A DNA stretch of 14,122 nt from Leidyana gryllorum EB-2025a (GCA_048772705.1 JBLWGC010000176.1:1-14122), one strand, 5' to 3'; positions 1 through 7,002 are shown, numbered from the stretch's first letter. The notes: a model not told the origin generated them from the sequence alone. Translations and numbers: made by a program.

Positions 1-47
1 ATAAAAGCTGGAAAAGACCGCAGTCGGTTGCATGCACCCGAGTATTC

Positions 48-118
48 GGCTGTTGCTTGCTGGTATGATCCTTCCTCATAGAGTGGAAGGAGTCCTGGGT
101 TCGATTCGAGAACAGCCC
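48..118 (+). pseudogene. trnP: degenerate tRNA-Pro copy
   Basis: GGCTGTT...AACAGCCC acceptor and GGTTCGATT T-loop match intact Pro copies; D-arm and anticodon loop are scrambled. Confidence 0.75.
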
Positions 119-259
119 TATTGGGCCGTCGTTTGACTTGACCGGACATGTTGCCCTCAGAACCAACACAGCCACCTCGTTAGCCCGCTTCGGTAGGGCA
201 GTCAGGGCAACTAACATCTGAAAATCACATGTCGGCTACCTCTTCCATGTTGCAGACTG

Positions 260-340
260 AGCAGTGTAGCTCAGTGGAAGAGTGTTAGGCTCATAACTCA
301 AAGGTCCGCTCTATCTGAAATGCCGGCACCGTGCGGTGAG
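260..340 (+). pseudogene. trnM: degenerate initiator tRNA-Met(CAT)
   Basis: 5' half AGCAGTGTAGCTCAGTGGAAGAGTG..CTCATAA matches the copies at 2125/5863/13469; T-arm and 3' acceptor are disrupted. Confidence 0.75.
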
Positions 341-387
341 TGTGCGCCGAAGGGAACAGTCGCAGGATACATCGGGCTCGTGAGCCA

Positions 388-459
388 AGCCTGCTGCCCG
401 AATCGAACCGGCGACCTTTCACTTACTAAGCGAATGCTCTGCCCCGCAGCTAAGAAGGC
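388..459 (-). pseudogene. trnT: tRNA-Thr(AGT), several stem mismatches
   Basis: Reverse-complement homolog of intact Thr at 13348-13419 with about 6 substitutions. Confidence 0.75.
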
Positions 460-590
460 AATGTTAACTGGACATCACGCGTGAGGAGTCCCTATTGACG
501 GAAGTCACTGAAGCACATTGTTCCACCACTCAACACTCCCACTGCTCCACCCACCGGCAAATAGGGTGTAACTAAGTTGAGAGCTTCCTT

Positions 591-663
591 GGCGCCCTAG
601 CTCAGTCGGTAGAGCGCAAGACTTTTAATCTTGCAGTCGCGGGTTCGAGCCCCGCGGGCGGTG
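591..663 (+). tRNA. trnK: tRNA-Lys(TTT)
   Basis: Full cloverleaf; loop CT-TTT-AA; same body as Lys(CTT) at 9164 apart from position 34 and a G2 acceptor mismatch. Confidence 0.88.
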
Positions 664-727
664 CAAATCAATGGAATTCTCTGGGAGTAGGAGTGGAACC
701 GTTGCTCACAAGCACACTCTGCTGGAT

Positions 728-799
728 TTCCACTGCCGGGACTTGAACCGGATCGTGCGGGTGAGAGCCGCATATCCTAGCCACTTAGACTACAGTGGA
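728..799 (-). tRNA. trnE: tRNA-Glu(CTC), 1-nt deletion in T-stem
   Basis: Reverse complement TCCACTGTAGTCTAAGTGG..CT-CTC-AC..GTTCAAGTCCCGGCAGTGGAA. Confidence 0.82.
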
Positions 800-880
800 C
801 AACTTCCTCAGCTGCAGCTTTGGACGAAAGCCGTACCATCTTGAGATGAGATGGAGCGTCAGGTCAACCCACAAGCAACG

Positions 881-955
881 GGGCTGTTCTGGAATCGAAC
901 CCGAGGATACTTCTTCCACCCGAAGAAAGAATCATACCACTAGACCAATACAGCT
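881..955 (-). pseudogene. trnP: tRNA-Pro(CGG), degenerate with indels
   Basis: Homolog of intact 3437/6285 copies with small indels. Confidence 0.75.
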
Positions 956-1091
956 GCCTGTCGGTCGTGCAACCCGCTAAGTACAGTTGAGAGAGCGCTG
1001 ATACTACGTTGAGAACCAACAAATGCGATGGGGTTGGCATAATAACAAAATGGAAGGACTTTTGGGGTTGGAGGCTGGCGTATTCAGAGTG

Positions 1092-1162
1092 GCCGAGATA
1101 GTCTAGCGGTTAGTATTCCGCCTGTCACGCGGAAAACCGGGGTTCGATTCCCGGTCTCCGAG
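1092..1162 (+). pseudogene. trnD: tRNA-Asp(GTC), degenerate
   Basis: CT-GTC-AC loop, GGTTCGATTCCC; acceptor mismatches relative to the 7057 copy. Confidence 0.75.
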
Positions 1163-1215
1163 CACAGTTGGTTTCCCTAGGATTCTTTCTTTCGGATCTC
1201 GCTGAAAGTTGCGAC

Positions 1216-1287
1216 GACAGCCACCGAGGATCGGATCGGGACCTTCTGCGTGTGAAGCAGACGTCGTAACCACTAGACCATGGCTGC
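1216..1287 (-). pseudogene. trnV: tRNA-Val(CAC), damaged T-arm
   Basis: Reverse complement GCAGCCATGGTCTAGTGG..TT-CAC-AC; TTCG motif lost. Confidence 0.75.
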
Positions 1288-1403
1288 ACGGAGCCTGCGG
1301 ACTGGGAAAAGGCGTGTGTCTCTGGAAACACGTATCCTGATGATCTAGTTGAGGGAGAGCTAGTGTGGATGGCTTTACCAACTCTTTTGGGAAGGACTGA
1401 ATG

Positions 1404-1475
1404 GGTTGCGTGGTGTAGTGGTTAGCACTGGAGACTCGGAATTTCCCGACCCGGGTTCGATTCCCGGCGCGACCT
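1404..1475 (+). tRNA. trnQ: tRNA-Gln body with CGG (Pro) anticodon
   Basis: Near-identical to Gln(CTG) at 4791; loop CT-CGG-AA, anticodon at 1437-1439; stems still pair. Confidence 0.8.
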
Positions 1476-1538
1476 CGAAACTAGTGCTCACTATTTTGTG
1501 AAACCTCGCCAATTCTCTTGGTCTGCGGGACCTTCCGT

Positions 1539-1610
1539 GCGGCCATCCTCTAGTGGTCACGACGTCTGCTTCACACGCGCAGCTCCTGACTTCAATCCTC
1601 GGTGGCTGTG
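1539..1610 (+). pseudogene. trnV: tRNA-Val(CAC) pseudogene
   Basis: TT-CAC-AC loop retained; D- and T-arms degraded. Confidence 0.72.
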
Positions 1611-1667
1611 GCTCGCAACTGGGCGAGAACCAGGGGAGACAATCTTAAGCGAAACCATCTAAGTGTG

Positions 1668-1739
1668 CTCCGAGACCGGGAATCGAACCCGGGTGTTTCG
1701 CGTGACAGGCGGAAATACTGACAACTATACTATCTCGAA
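1668..1739 (-). tRNA. trnD: tRNA-Asp(GTC), variant with mismatches
   Basis: Homolog of the 7057 copy; D-loop GG altered. Confidence 0.75.
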
Positions 1740-1835
1740 CGCTTTGGACATACCGGTCTCCTACCCCAAAAGTCCTTCCATTTTGAGATTCCACAAGGAC
1801 AGGAAACGCGTGGAATGGCGAGCCAACAACATTCC

Positions 1836-1915
1836 GGCGAGATGGCCTAGTGGTCTGAGGCGCTGTGATCAGGTCCCAGTCCGAAAGGGGGTGGGTTCGG
1901 ATCCCACTCTTGTCA
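1836..1915 (+). pseudogene. trnL: tRNA-Leu(CAG), degenerate
   Basis: Type II tRNA homologous to 7220/12137 with multiple substitutions. Confidence 0.75.
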
Positions 1916-2016
1916 GCCGTTGTAGTCAGGACAACCTGCGACTTCATCCCAGCATGCCCGCACGATGCACGTTGACTTTTGTCGATACAACTGACACATG
2001 ATTCTCCAGCTAAGTT

Positions 2017-2088
2017 GCCTTCTTAGCTTAGGGGCAGAGCATTCGCTTAGTAAGCGATGGGTCGCCGGTTCGATTTCGGCAGAAGGCT
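2017..2088 (+). tRNA. trnT: tRNA-Thr(AGT)
   Basis: GCCTTCT/AGAAGGC acceptor, TT-AGT-AA loop, GGTTCGATT. Confidence 0.87.
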
Positions 2089-2124
2089 TTGCTCACGACC
2101 CAATCAATTCTATATGCGCACACT

Positions 2125-2196
2125 TAGCAGTGCGTCGTTTCGATCGACGAACCTTTGGGTTATGAGCCCAACACTCTTCCACTGAGCTACACTGCT
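2125..2196 (-). tRNA. trnM: initiator tRNA-Met(CAT)
   Basis: A1-T72 pair, GGG/CCC anticodon stem, GATCGAAA T-loop typical of eukaryotic initiator tRNA. Confidence 0.9.
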
Positions 2197-2332
2197 CAGT
2201 CTGCAACATGGAAGAGGGAGCCGAAATGCGATTCTTGAGATGTTAATGCCCTTGAGTGCCGAAGTGGGCTAACGAGGTGGCTGTGTTGGATGTGAGGGCA
2301 ACTTGTCCCGTCGGGTCAACCGACGAGCAAGA

Positions 2333-2404
2333 GGGCTGTTCTGGGAATCGAACCCAAGACTCCTTCCACCCTAAGGAAGAATCATACCACTAGACCAATC
2401 AGCC
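2333..2404 (-). tRNA. trnP: tRNA-Pro(AGG)
   Basis: Reverse complement CTTCC-TT-AGG-GT-GGAAG; two or three mismatches. Confidence 0.83.
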
Positions 2405-2492
2405 GCCTCTCGGTCGTGAAACCCGCTGAATACAGTCGAGAGAGTGGTCATACGGTGTTGAGAACAAAAAAATGCGATGGGGTCTGCACAAC

Positions 2493-2565
2493 GGGCGACT
2501 AGCTCGAATGGTAGAGCGCTCGCTTAGCATGCGAGAGGTACTGGAATCGATGCCCAGGTCGTCCA
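2493..2565 (+). tRNA. trnA: tRNA-Ala(AGC)
   Basis: G3:T70 pair, CTCGC-TT-AGC-AT-GCGAG, ATCG T-loop as in eukaryotic Ala; one T-stem mismatch. Confidence 0.85.
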
Positions 2566-2606
2566 AACTTCGTAGTCTGCAACTGCCGGTATTTAAATAC
2601 AAATTT

Positions 2607-2638
2607 CCCGAGTCTCTCGGGGCCCGAGTCTCTCGGGG
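2607..2638 (+). repeat. 16-bp tandem duplication (CCCGAGTCTCTCGGGG x2), each unit a hairpin
   Basis: Read directly; a single related unit lies upstream of Gly(CCC) at about 8048-8060. Confidence 0.85.
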
Positions 2639-2659
2639 TGCTGCAGATCTTTCGCAATT

Positions 2660-2730
2660 GCACTTGTGGTCTAAGGGTAAGATGCGACCCTTCCAAGGTC
2701 GTAACCCGGGTTCGAGTCCCGGCAGGTGCA
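2660..2730 (+). tRNA. trnG: tRNA-Gly(TCC)
   Basis: Intact cloverleaf, CGACC-CT-TCC-AA-GGTCG. Confidence 0.92.
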
Positions 2731-2797
2731 GCCGTATGTAGCTCGAACGACCTGTCTATAGGTGAAGAGAGGGGACGACTCAATACAATGCAACGGT

Positions 2798-2862
2798 TGA
2801 CAAGAGTGGGATTCGAACCCACGCCCTTTCGCACTCGCCCTAGATCACTCGGCCATCTTGCC
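2798..2862 (-). pseudogene. trnL: tRNA-Leu with deleted anticodon arm
   Basis: Both ends match Leu(CAG); central part missing. Confidence 0.78.
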
Positions 2863-2950
2863 GAAGTGCTCTTGGCTCGCCACTTTACACGCTTTCTGTC
2901 CGTGAAGTCTCAAGGACTTTTGGGGTTGAAGGCCGGGGTATCCACGAGCG

Positions 2951-3022
2951 TCTGACATAGTATAGTGCTTAGTATTTCCGCCTATCACTCGGAAGACCCG
3001 GGTTCGATTCCCGGTCTCGGAG
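2951..3022 (+). pseudogene. trnD: tRNA-Asp body, ATC anticodon, degenerate
   Basis: CT-ATC-AC loop; acceptor and D-loop mismatches. Confidence 0.75.
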
Positions 3023-3076
3023 ACACTTCGTTCTTCCGCTTTAGATTTCGTGGTGCTCACCTGACAAACGCGAGTT

Positions 3077-3149
3077 TACAGCCACCGAGGATCGAACTCG
3101 GGACCTTCTGCGTGTTAAGCAGACGTCGTGACCACTAGACCATGGCGGC
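3077..3149 (-). tRNA. trnV: tRNA-Val(AAC)
   Basis: Reverse complement TCTGC-TT-AAC-AC-GCAGA; one acceptor mismatch. Confidence 0.85.
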
Positions 3150-3209
3150 AGCGAAGGTCCCGCAGACCAAGAGAAGTGGCGAGGTTTCACGAAGTGAAGA
3201 CTAGTTTTG

Positions 3210-3225
3210 AGGTCGCGCCGCAACC
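3210..3225 (-). pseudogene. trnQ: tRNA-Gln remnant: only the two acceptor-stem strands remain
   Basis: AGGTCGCGCCG+CAACC at the module position of Gln, with the Gln-Val spacer intact at 3150-3209. Confidence 0.7.
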
Positions 3226-3232
3226 AGGTGTG

Positions 3233-3303
3233 CTCCGAGACCGGGAATCGAACCTGGTGTTGCGCGTGATAGGCGGAAATACTAACCACTAGACTATCTC
3301 GGC
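3233..3303 (-). pseudogene. trnD: tRNA-Asp body, ATC anticodon, degenerate
   Basis: Reverse complement has CT-ATC-AC; variable loop and T-stem altered; 5' end GCCGAGATAGTCTAG shared with the 1092 copy. Confidence 0.75.
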
Positions 3304-3436
3304 CGCTCTAAATACGCCGGCCTCCAACTCCAAAAGTCTTTCCATTTTGTTGTGCAGACCCCATCGCATTTGTTGGTTCTCGACATAGTATGACCACTAT
3401 CTCAACTGTACTCAGCAGGTTGCACGACCGACAGGC

Positions 3437-3508
3437 GGCTGTTTGGTCTAGTGGTATGATTCTTCCTTCGGGTGGAAGAAGTCCTGGGTTCGATTCCCAG
3501 AACAGCCC
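3437..3508 (+). tRNA. trnP: tRNA-Pro(CGG)
   Basis: Intact cloverleaf, CTTCC-TT-CGG-GT-GGAAG. Confidence 0.93.
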
Positions 3509-3577
3509 TATTGGTCGTCAGTGGATCCGACGGGACAAGTTGCCCCCAGAACCAACACAGCCACCTCGTTGGCCAGA

Positions 3578-3624
3578 CCCAGTAGATTTCTAGTCTACCC
3601 CCTTGAACACTCGGGCAAGTTGCC
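3578..3624 (-). pseudogene. trnS: tRNA-Ser(AGA) 5' half
   Basis: Reverse complement GGCAACTTGCCCGAGT..GTAGA-CT-AGA-AA-TCTAC; T-arm absent. Confidence 0.75.
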
Positions 3625-3689
3625 ACCTGTCGAACTCGGCATTTAGCGGCCAGTGGCTTCACATACGGTTCAGCAAGCTTGACTCGGAC

Positions 3690-3759
3690 TGCTGGCGCTG
3701 CCCGAACCCGCGGTCTCTCCATTGAAAGTCTTGCGCTCTACCGACGGAGCTGGCGCGGC
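3690..3759 (-). pseudogene. degenerate Lys-like tRNA
   Basis: Reverse complement GCCGCGCCAGCTCCGTCGGTAGAGCGCAAGACT.. resembles the Lys 5' half; 3' half degraded. Confidence 0.6.
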
Positions 3760-3859
3760 AGGGAAGTGAGGACTTTATAACACGTACCTTTCGTATTGGT
3801 CGCAGAATGTTGGGGGTTGCTCGAGTGCAGGGCGACTCTTTATCGAAGATCCACTCACT

Positions 3860-3950
3860 TGGTCACGCCCGGGCTCGAACCACGCCCGGGCTCGAACCGG
3901 GGACCTTGAGCTTATTAGGCTCACGCTCTAACCGACTGAGCTACGCGACC
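3860..3950 (-). tRNA. trnI: tRNA-Ile(AAT) with 17-bp internal tandem duplication of the T-arm/B-box
   Basis: Reverse complement TGAGC-CT-AAT-AA-GCTCA; CACGCCCGGGCTCGAAC at 3864-3880 and 3881-3897. Confidence 0.85.
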
Positions 3951-4096
3951 ACTTCTGCCACGACAGATGGCACCGACCCGGATGCTGGATCCCCCCTCAG
4001 CTGGACTCAAACATCTCAGACACTAGCAGACAGCTGGAGTCCATTCTTCTCAGGTGGCGCCCCATACGAGTTAGTCGGCGCTTCCGATGCCGACCG

Positions 4097-4169
4097 TGGG
4101 AGTGGGGAGGTTTAAACTCTCGACTTGAGGATTATGAGACCTGGGCGCTACCGACTGCGCTACACTCCC
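4097..4169 (-). tRNA. trnM: elongator tRNA-Met(CAT), partly degenerate
   Basis: Reverse complement GGGAGTG/CACTCCC acceptor, CT-CAT-AA loop; T-loop reads TTTAAAC. Confidence 0.78.
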
Positions 4170-4244
4170 TCGTGAAACTTCTCTCGATGCATCTCCTCCT
4201 GTCAAAAGGGTGCAGGGGGATGCTCCATCAACAACACACCCGCC

Positions 4245-4312
4245 CAGTTGGGCCGGCGCTTGACCGCGAACTTGAACTTATCAGGCTCACCCTTCAAGTG
4301 ACCGAAAATAGG
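4245..4312 (-). pseudogene. highly decayed tRNA-Ile copy
   Basis: GAACTTATCAGGCTCAC core and downstream flank match the Ile pseudogene and flank at 11433-11580. Confidence 0.5.
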
Positions 4313-4504
4313 CAGAGTTGAGGTAAACACTCACTGGACCAACTAGCCGACTGATGTGCTCCGCAAAAGCACCACGATTGGCCTTCCTCCACCCCGCCAA
4401 ACAGTCATTCCAGAGCCAAATACCGACATTTAGAAGGGGCTATACCCACATCACTAACAGTTTGCACGGGGTTCCCGACGAAAGGTGTGATCAATAACAC
4501 TCTT

Positions 4505-4586
4505 GGCAAGGTGGCCGAGTGGTTAAGGCGGCGGCCTGTTAAGCCGTTGGGTGTTACCCGCGTGAGTTCGAAACTCACCCTTGACG
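4505..4586 (+). tRNA. trnS: type II tRNA-Ser body with GTT (Asn) anticodon, likely derived from Ser(GCT)
   Basis: Long variable arm GGGT-GTT-ACCC, G73, GCGGC-CT-GTT-AA-GCCGT, intact T-arm; one acceptor mismatch (G2:A71). Confidence 0.8.
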
Positions 4587-4790
4587 GTAGCATTCGCGAA
4601 GAGCGCAATTGCTTCAATGATTGAAGTGAGCATTCTGTCCGACTCAAATCCAACGCTCTACGCTGGGCGCTATATACATGAGCCACCTAAAATATTCCCA
4701 GAGGTCAGTAAAGAGACCCGTGTTGCGTGTGTCCAGTTGAGGAAGCGCTAGTCCGGATGATTCTACCGACTCTTTTGGGTGGCCTGAACC

Positions 4791-4862
4791 GGTTGCGTGG
4801 TGTAGTGGTTAGCACTGGAGACTCTGAATCTCCCGACCTGGGTTCGATTCCCGGCGCGACCT
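4791..4862 (+). tRNA. trnQ: tRNA-Gln(CTG)
   Basis: Intact cloverleaf, GGAGA-CT-CTG-AA-TCTCC, T73. Confidence 0.93.
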
Positions 4863-4926
4863 TGGAACTGGTCCTCACTACTCCCTGAAACTTCGCCACT
4901 TCTCTTGGGCTGCGGGGACCATCCAC

Positions 4927-4999
4927 GCAGCCATGGTCTAGCGGTTACGACGTCTGCTTTACACGCAAAAGGTCCCGAATTCGACCCTCGGTGGCTGTA
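4927..4999 (+). tRNA. trnV: tRNA-Val(TAC), with stem mismatches
   Basis: TT-TAC-AC loop on the shared Val body. Confidence 0.78.
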
Positions 5000-5050
5000 G
5001 CTCGCAACTTTCAGCACGCACCAAAAAAGACTCAAGCGAAACCAACTGTG

Positions 5051-5122
5051 CTCCGAGACCGGGAATCGAACGCGGGTCTTCCGCGTGACAGGCGGAAATA
5101 CTGACCACTATACTATCTCGGA
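5051..5122 (-). tRNA. trnD: tRNA-Asp(GTC)
   Basis: Near-intact; one T-stem mismatch. Confidence 0.87.
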
Positions 5123-5216
5123 CGCTCTGAACACGCCGCCCTCCAACCCCAAAAGTCCTTCCATTTTGAGATGTCAAGCACAGAAAACGCGTGGAACGAC
5201 GAACCAACAACACTGC

Positions 5217-5272
5217 GGCAAGATGGTCGAGTGGTCTAAGACGCTGTGCTCAGACCGCAGTCCGACAGGGCG
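5217..5272 (+). pseudogene. trnL: tRNA-Leu(CAG), 3'-truncated
   Basis: 5' two-thirds present, then sequence switches to the Tyr upstream flank. Confidence 0.78.
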
Positions 5273-5485
5273 AGGATCTGAGGTTGAGCCTTTCGAACCC
5301 CGGAGCAGTTGGACGGCCGGGGGTAGCTCAGTTGGTGGAGCATCTGACTGTAGTGCTGGCATCAGATAGTCGGCGGTCCGATTCCGTCCCACCGGAAGTA
5401 GAGGGGTGATCGGCAAACTACTACTCAACCTGATGGCAGCGTTGATAGGCCAACTAGACTACTCCGGTGAGGGTTCCATCTATGT
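5272..5485 (+). repeat. Tyr block, direct repeat of about 8602-8830
   Basis: TCTGAGGTTGAGCCTT..GCAGTTGGACGG upstream and CTACTCAACCTGATGG downstream in both. Confidence 0.82.
5317..5396 (+). tRNA. trnY: tRNA-Tyr(GTA) with 7-nt intron (5354-5360)
   Basis: C1-G72, A73, TCTGA-CT-GTA-G[TGCTGGC]A-TCAGA; T-loop reads TCCG instead of TTCG. Confidence 0.85.
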
Positions 5486-5489
5486 AGCT

Positions 5490-5562
5490 TGGATGGGCTG
5501 GGAATCGATCCCAAAAACTTTCTTATACTAAGCCACCGTTTCATCATCTGGGCTAGCCTCCC
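5490..5562 (-). pseudogene. trnA: decayed tRNA-Ala
   Basis: Reverse complement GGGAGGCTAGCCCAGATG...TGGGATCGATTCCCAG..TCCA aligns to Ala(AGC) over its full length. Confidence 0.6.
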
Positions 5563-5651
5563 TCTGTGCCCACCTCATGGGATTGAGTAATACTTCACAT
5601 AGTGAGACGAGTCTCTCGACTGTACCCAGCGGGTTGAACCACCGGCTAGGC

Positions 5652-5727
5652 GGCTGTTTGGTCTAGTGGTACGATCTTTCCTTAGGGTGGGTGGAAGGAG
5701 TCCTGGGTTCGATTCCCAGAACAGCCC
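5652..5727 (+). pseudogene. trnP: tRNA-Pro(AGG) with 4-bp duplication (GGGT) in the anticodon arm
   Basis: TTAGGGTGGGTGGAAG versus TTAGGGTGGAAG in the 9656 copy. Confidence 0.8.
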
Positions 5728-5862
5728 TCTTGGCTGTCGGTTGACCCGATGGGATAAGCAGTTTTAGAACTAACACATCCACCTCGTTAGCCCACTTCGA
5801 CACTCAAGACAATTAACATCTCAAGAATCGCATTTCGGCTACCTCTTCCATGTTGCGGACTG

Positions 5863-5934
5863 AGCAGTGTAGCTCATTGGAAGAGTGTTGGGCTCATAAC
5901 CCAAAGGTCAGTCGATCGAAACGACTCACTGCTA
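5863..5934 (+). tRNA. trnM: initiator tRNA-Met(CAT)
   Basis: Full cloverleaf, GATCGAAA T-loop, T-stem AGTCG/CGACT. Confidence 0.9.
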
Positions 5935-5982
5935 AGTGTGCGCAAAAGGGAAACAGTTTAGAATAGTTCGGCTCGTGAGCAA

Positions 5983-6054
5983 AGGCTTCTGCCGGAGTCG
6001 AACCGGCGACCCTCCGCTTACTAAGCGAATGCTCTGCCCCTAAGCTAAGAAGGC
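5983..6054 (-). tRNA. trnT: tRNA-Thr(AGT), with mismatches
   Basis: Homolog of the 13348 copy. Confidence 0.8.
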
Positions 6055-6130
6055 AATCCAGGCCGAAGATCAAGAATCAGTTACTATTGACGGGGATTAC
6101 TGAGGCACTTTGCTCGAGTACTCTAATGAC

Positions 6131-6203
6131 TTCCACTGCCGGGACTTGAACCCGGATCGTGCGGGTGAAAGCCGCATATCCTAGCCACTTAGACTACAGT
6201 GGA
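6131..6203 (-). tRNA. trnE: tRNA-Glu(TTC)
   Basis: Intact; reverse complement TGCGG-CT-TTC-AC-CCGCA. Confidence 0.93.
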
Positions 6204-6284
6204 CAACTTCCTCAGCTGCAGCTTTGGACGAGAGCCGTACCATCTTGAGATGAGATAGAGCGTCGGGTCAACCGACAACCAACG

Positions 6285-6356
6285 GGGCTGTTCTGGGAAT
6301 CGAACCCAGGACTTCTTCCACCCGAAGGAAGAATCATACCACTAGACCAAACAGCC
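6285..6356 (-). tRNA. trnP: tRNA-Pro(CGG)
   Basis: Intact, matches the 3437 copy. Confidence 0.93.
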
Positions 6357-6443
6357 GGCTGTCGGTCGAGCAACCCGCTGAGTACAGTCGAGAGAGTGGT
6401 CACACGATGTTGAGAACAAAAAAATCGACGGAATCTGCACAGC

Positions 6444-6516
6444 GGGCGACTAGCTCAAATGGTAGAGCGCTCGCTTAGCATGCGAGAGGTACTGGGATCG
6501 ATGCCCAGGTCGTCCC
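6444..6516 (+). tRNA. trnA: tRNA-Ala(AGC)
   Basis: Intact stems; discriminator is C rather than A. Confidence 0.88.
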
Positions 6517-6794
6517 AACTTCGTACGGCTTCACCTGCCGTATTTATTTTCCCGAGCTGAGATAATTGTGCCTTGTAGCCCTTGGACAGACCTGGGCATC
6601 GCAGTATGTGTGAAGGTTGCCTCTGAGCCCGGATTTCCGAGTTTGTATTTTACAAACACACACTCTGCCGACTAAGACACAAGAGCCGATTACAATATTT
6701 CAAAGGTCAGTAGAGAGACGCGTACTGCATGTGTCCAGTTGAGGAGCGCTAGTCCGGATGGCTCTACCAACTCTTTTTCGGGAAGGACTGAATC

Positions 6795-6866
6795 GGTTAC
6801 GTGGTGTAGTGGTTAGCACTGGAGACTCTAAATCTCCCGACCTAGCGTCGATTCCCGGCGCGACCT
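6795..6866 (+). tRNA. trnQ: tRNA-Gln body with CTA (amber) anticodon; T-arm damaged
   Basis: GGAGA-CT-CTA-AA-TCTCC, anticodon at 6828-6830; T-arm CTAGC-GTCGATT-CCCGG. Confidence 0.8.
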
Positions 6867-6929
6867 CGAAACTGGTCTTCACTTTTCCGTGAAGCCTCGC
6901 CACTTCTCGTGGTCTGCGGGACCTTCGCT

Positions 6930-7002
6930 GCAGCCATGGTCTAGTGATCACGACGCCTGCTTAACACGCAGAAGGTCCCGAGTTCGATCCTCGGTGGCTG
7001 TA
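6930..7002 (+). tRNA. trnV: tRNA-Val(AAC), two mismatches
   Basis: TT-AAC-AC loop; D-loop GG>GA. Confidence 0.8.

Larger units (their letters stand above)
585..830 (+). repeat. Lys-Glu block, inverted repeat of about 9005-9240
   Basis: Spacer ACAAGCACACTCTGCTGGATTTCC vs GGAAATCCAGCTGAGTGTGCTTGT. Confidence 0.82.
881..1168 (+). repeat. Pro(CGG)-Asp block, inverted repeat of about 3227-3508
   Basis: Spacer GAGAACCAACAAATGCGATGGGG vs CCCCATCGCATTTGTTGGTTCTC. Confidence 0.82.
2625..3022 (+). repeat. Gly(TCC)-Leu-Asp block, inverted repeat of about 11971-12396
   Basis: Spacer GCCGTATGTAGCTCGAACGACCTGTCTAT vs ATAGACAGGTCGTTCGAGCTACATACGGC. Confidence 0.85.
3578..3950 (+). repeat. Ser(AGA)-Lys-like-Ile block; related direct copies at about 11178-11506 and 12861-13137
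   Basis: Shared spacer TCACATACGGTTCAGCA in all three. Confidence 0.8.
5620..6205 (+). repeat. Pro-iMet-Thr-Glu block, inverted repeat of about 13195-13790; related copies at 48-500 and 2017-2460
   Basis: Homologous spacers (e.g. TTAACATCTCAAGAATCGCATTTCGGCT vs AGCCGAAATGCGATTCTTGAGATGTTAA). Confidence 0.88.

Noticed and set aside
2951-3303. Functional tRNA-Asp(ATC) isoacceptors
   Set aside because: Both copies have several stem or D-loop defects; ATC is best explained as G34>A decay.
4505-4586. Selenocysteine tRNA or true tRNA-Asn
   Set aside because: The anticodon is GTT, not TCA, and the acceptor is a normal 7 bp; the long variable arm is not a feature of tRNA-Asn.
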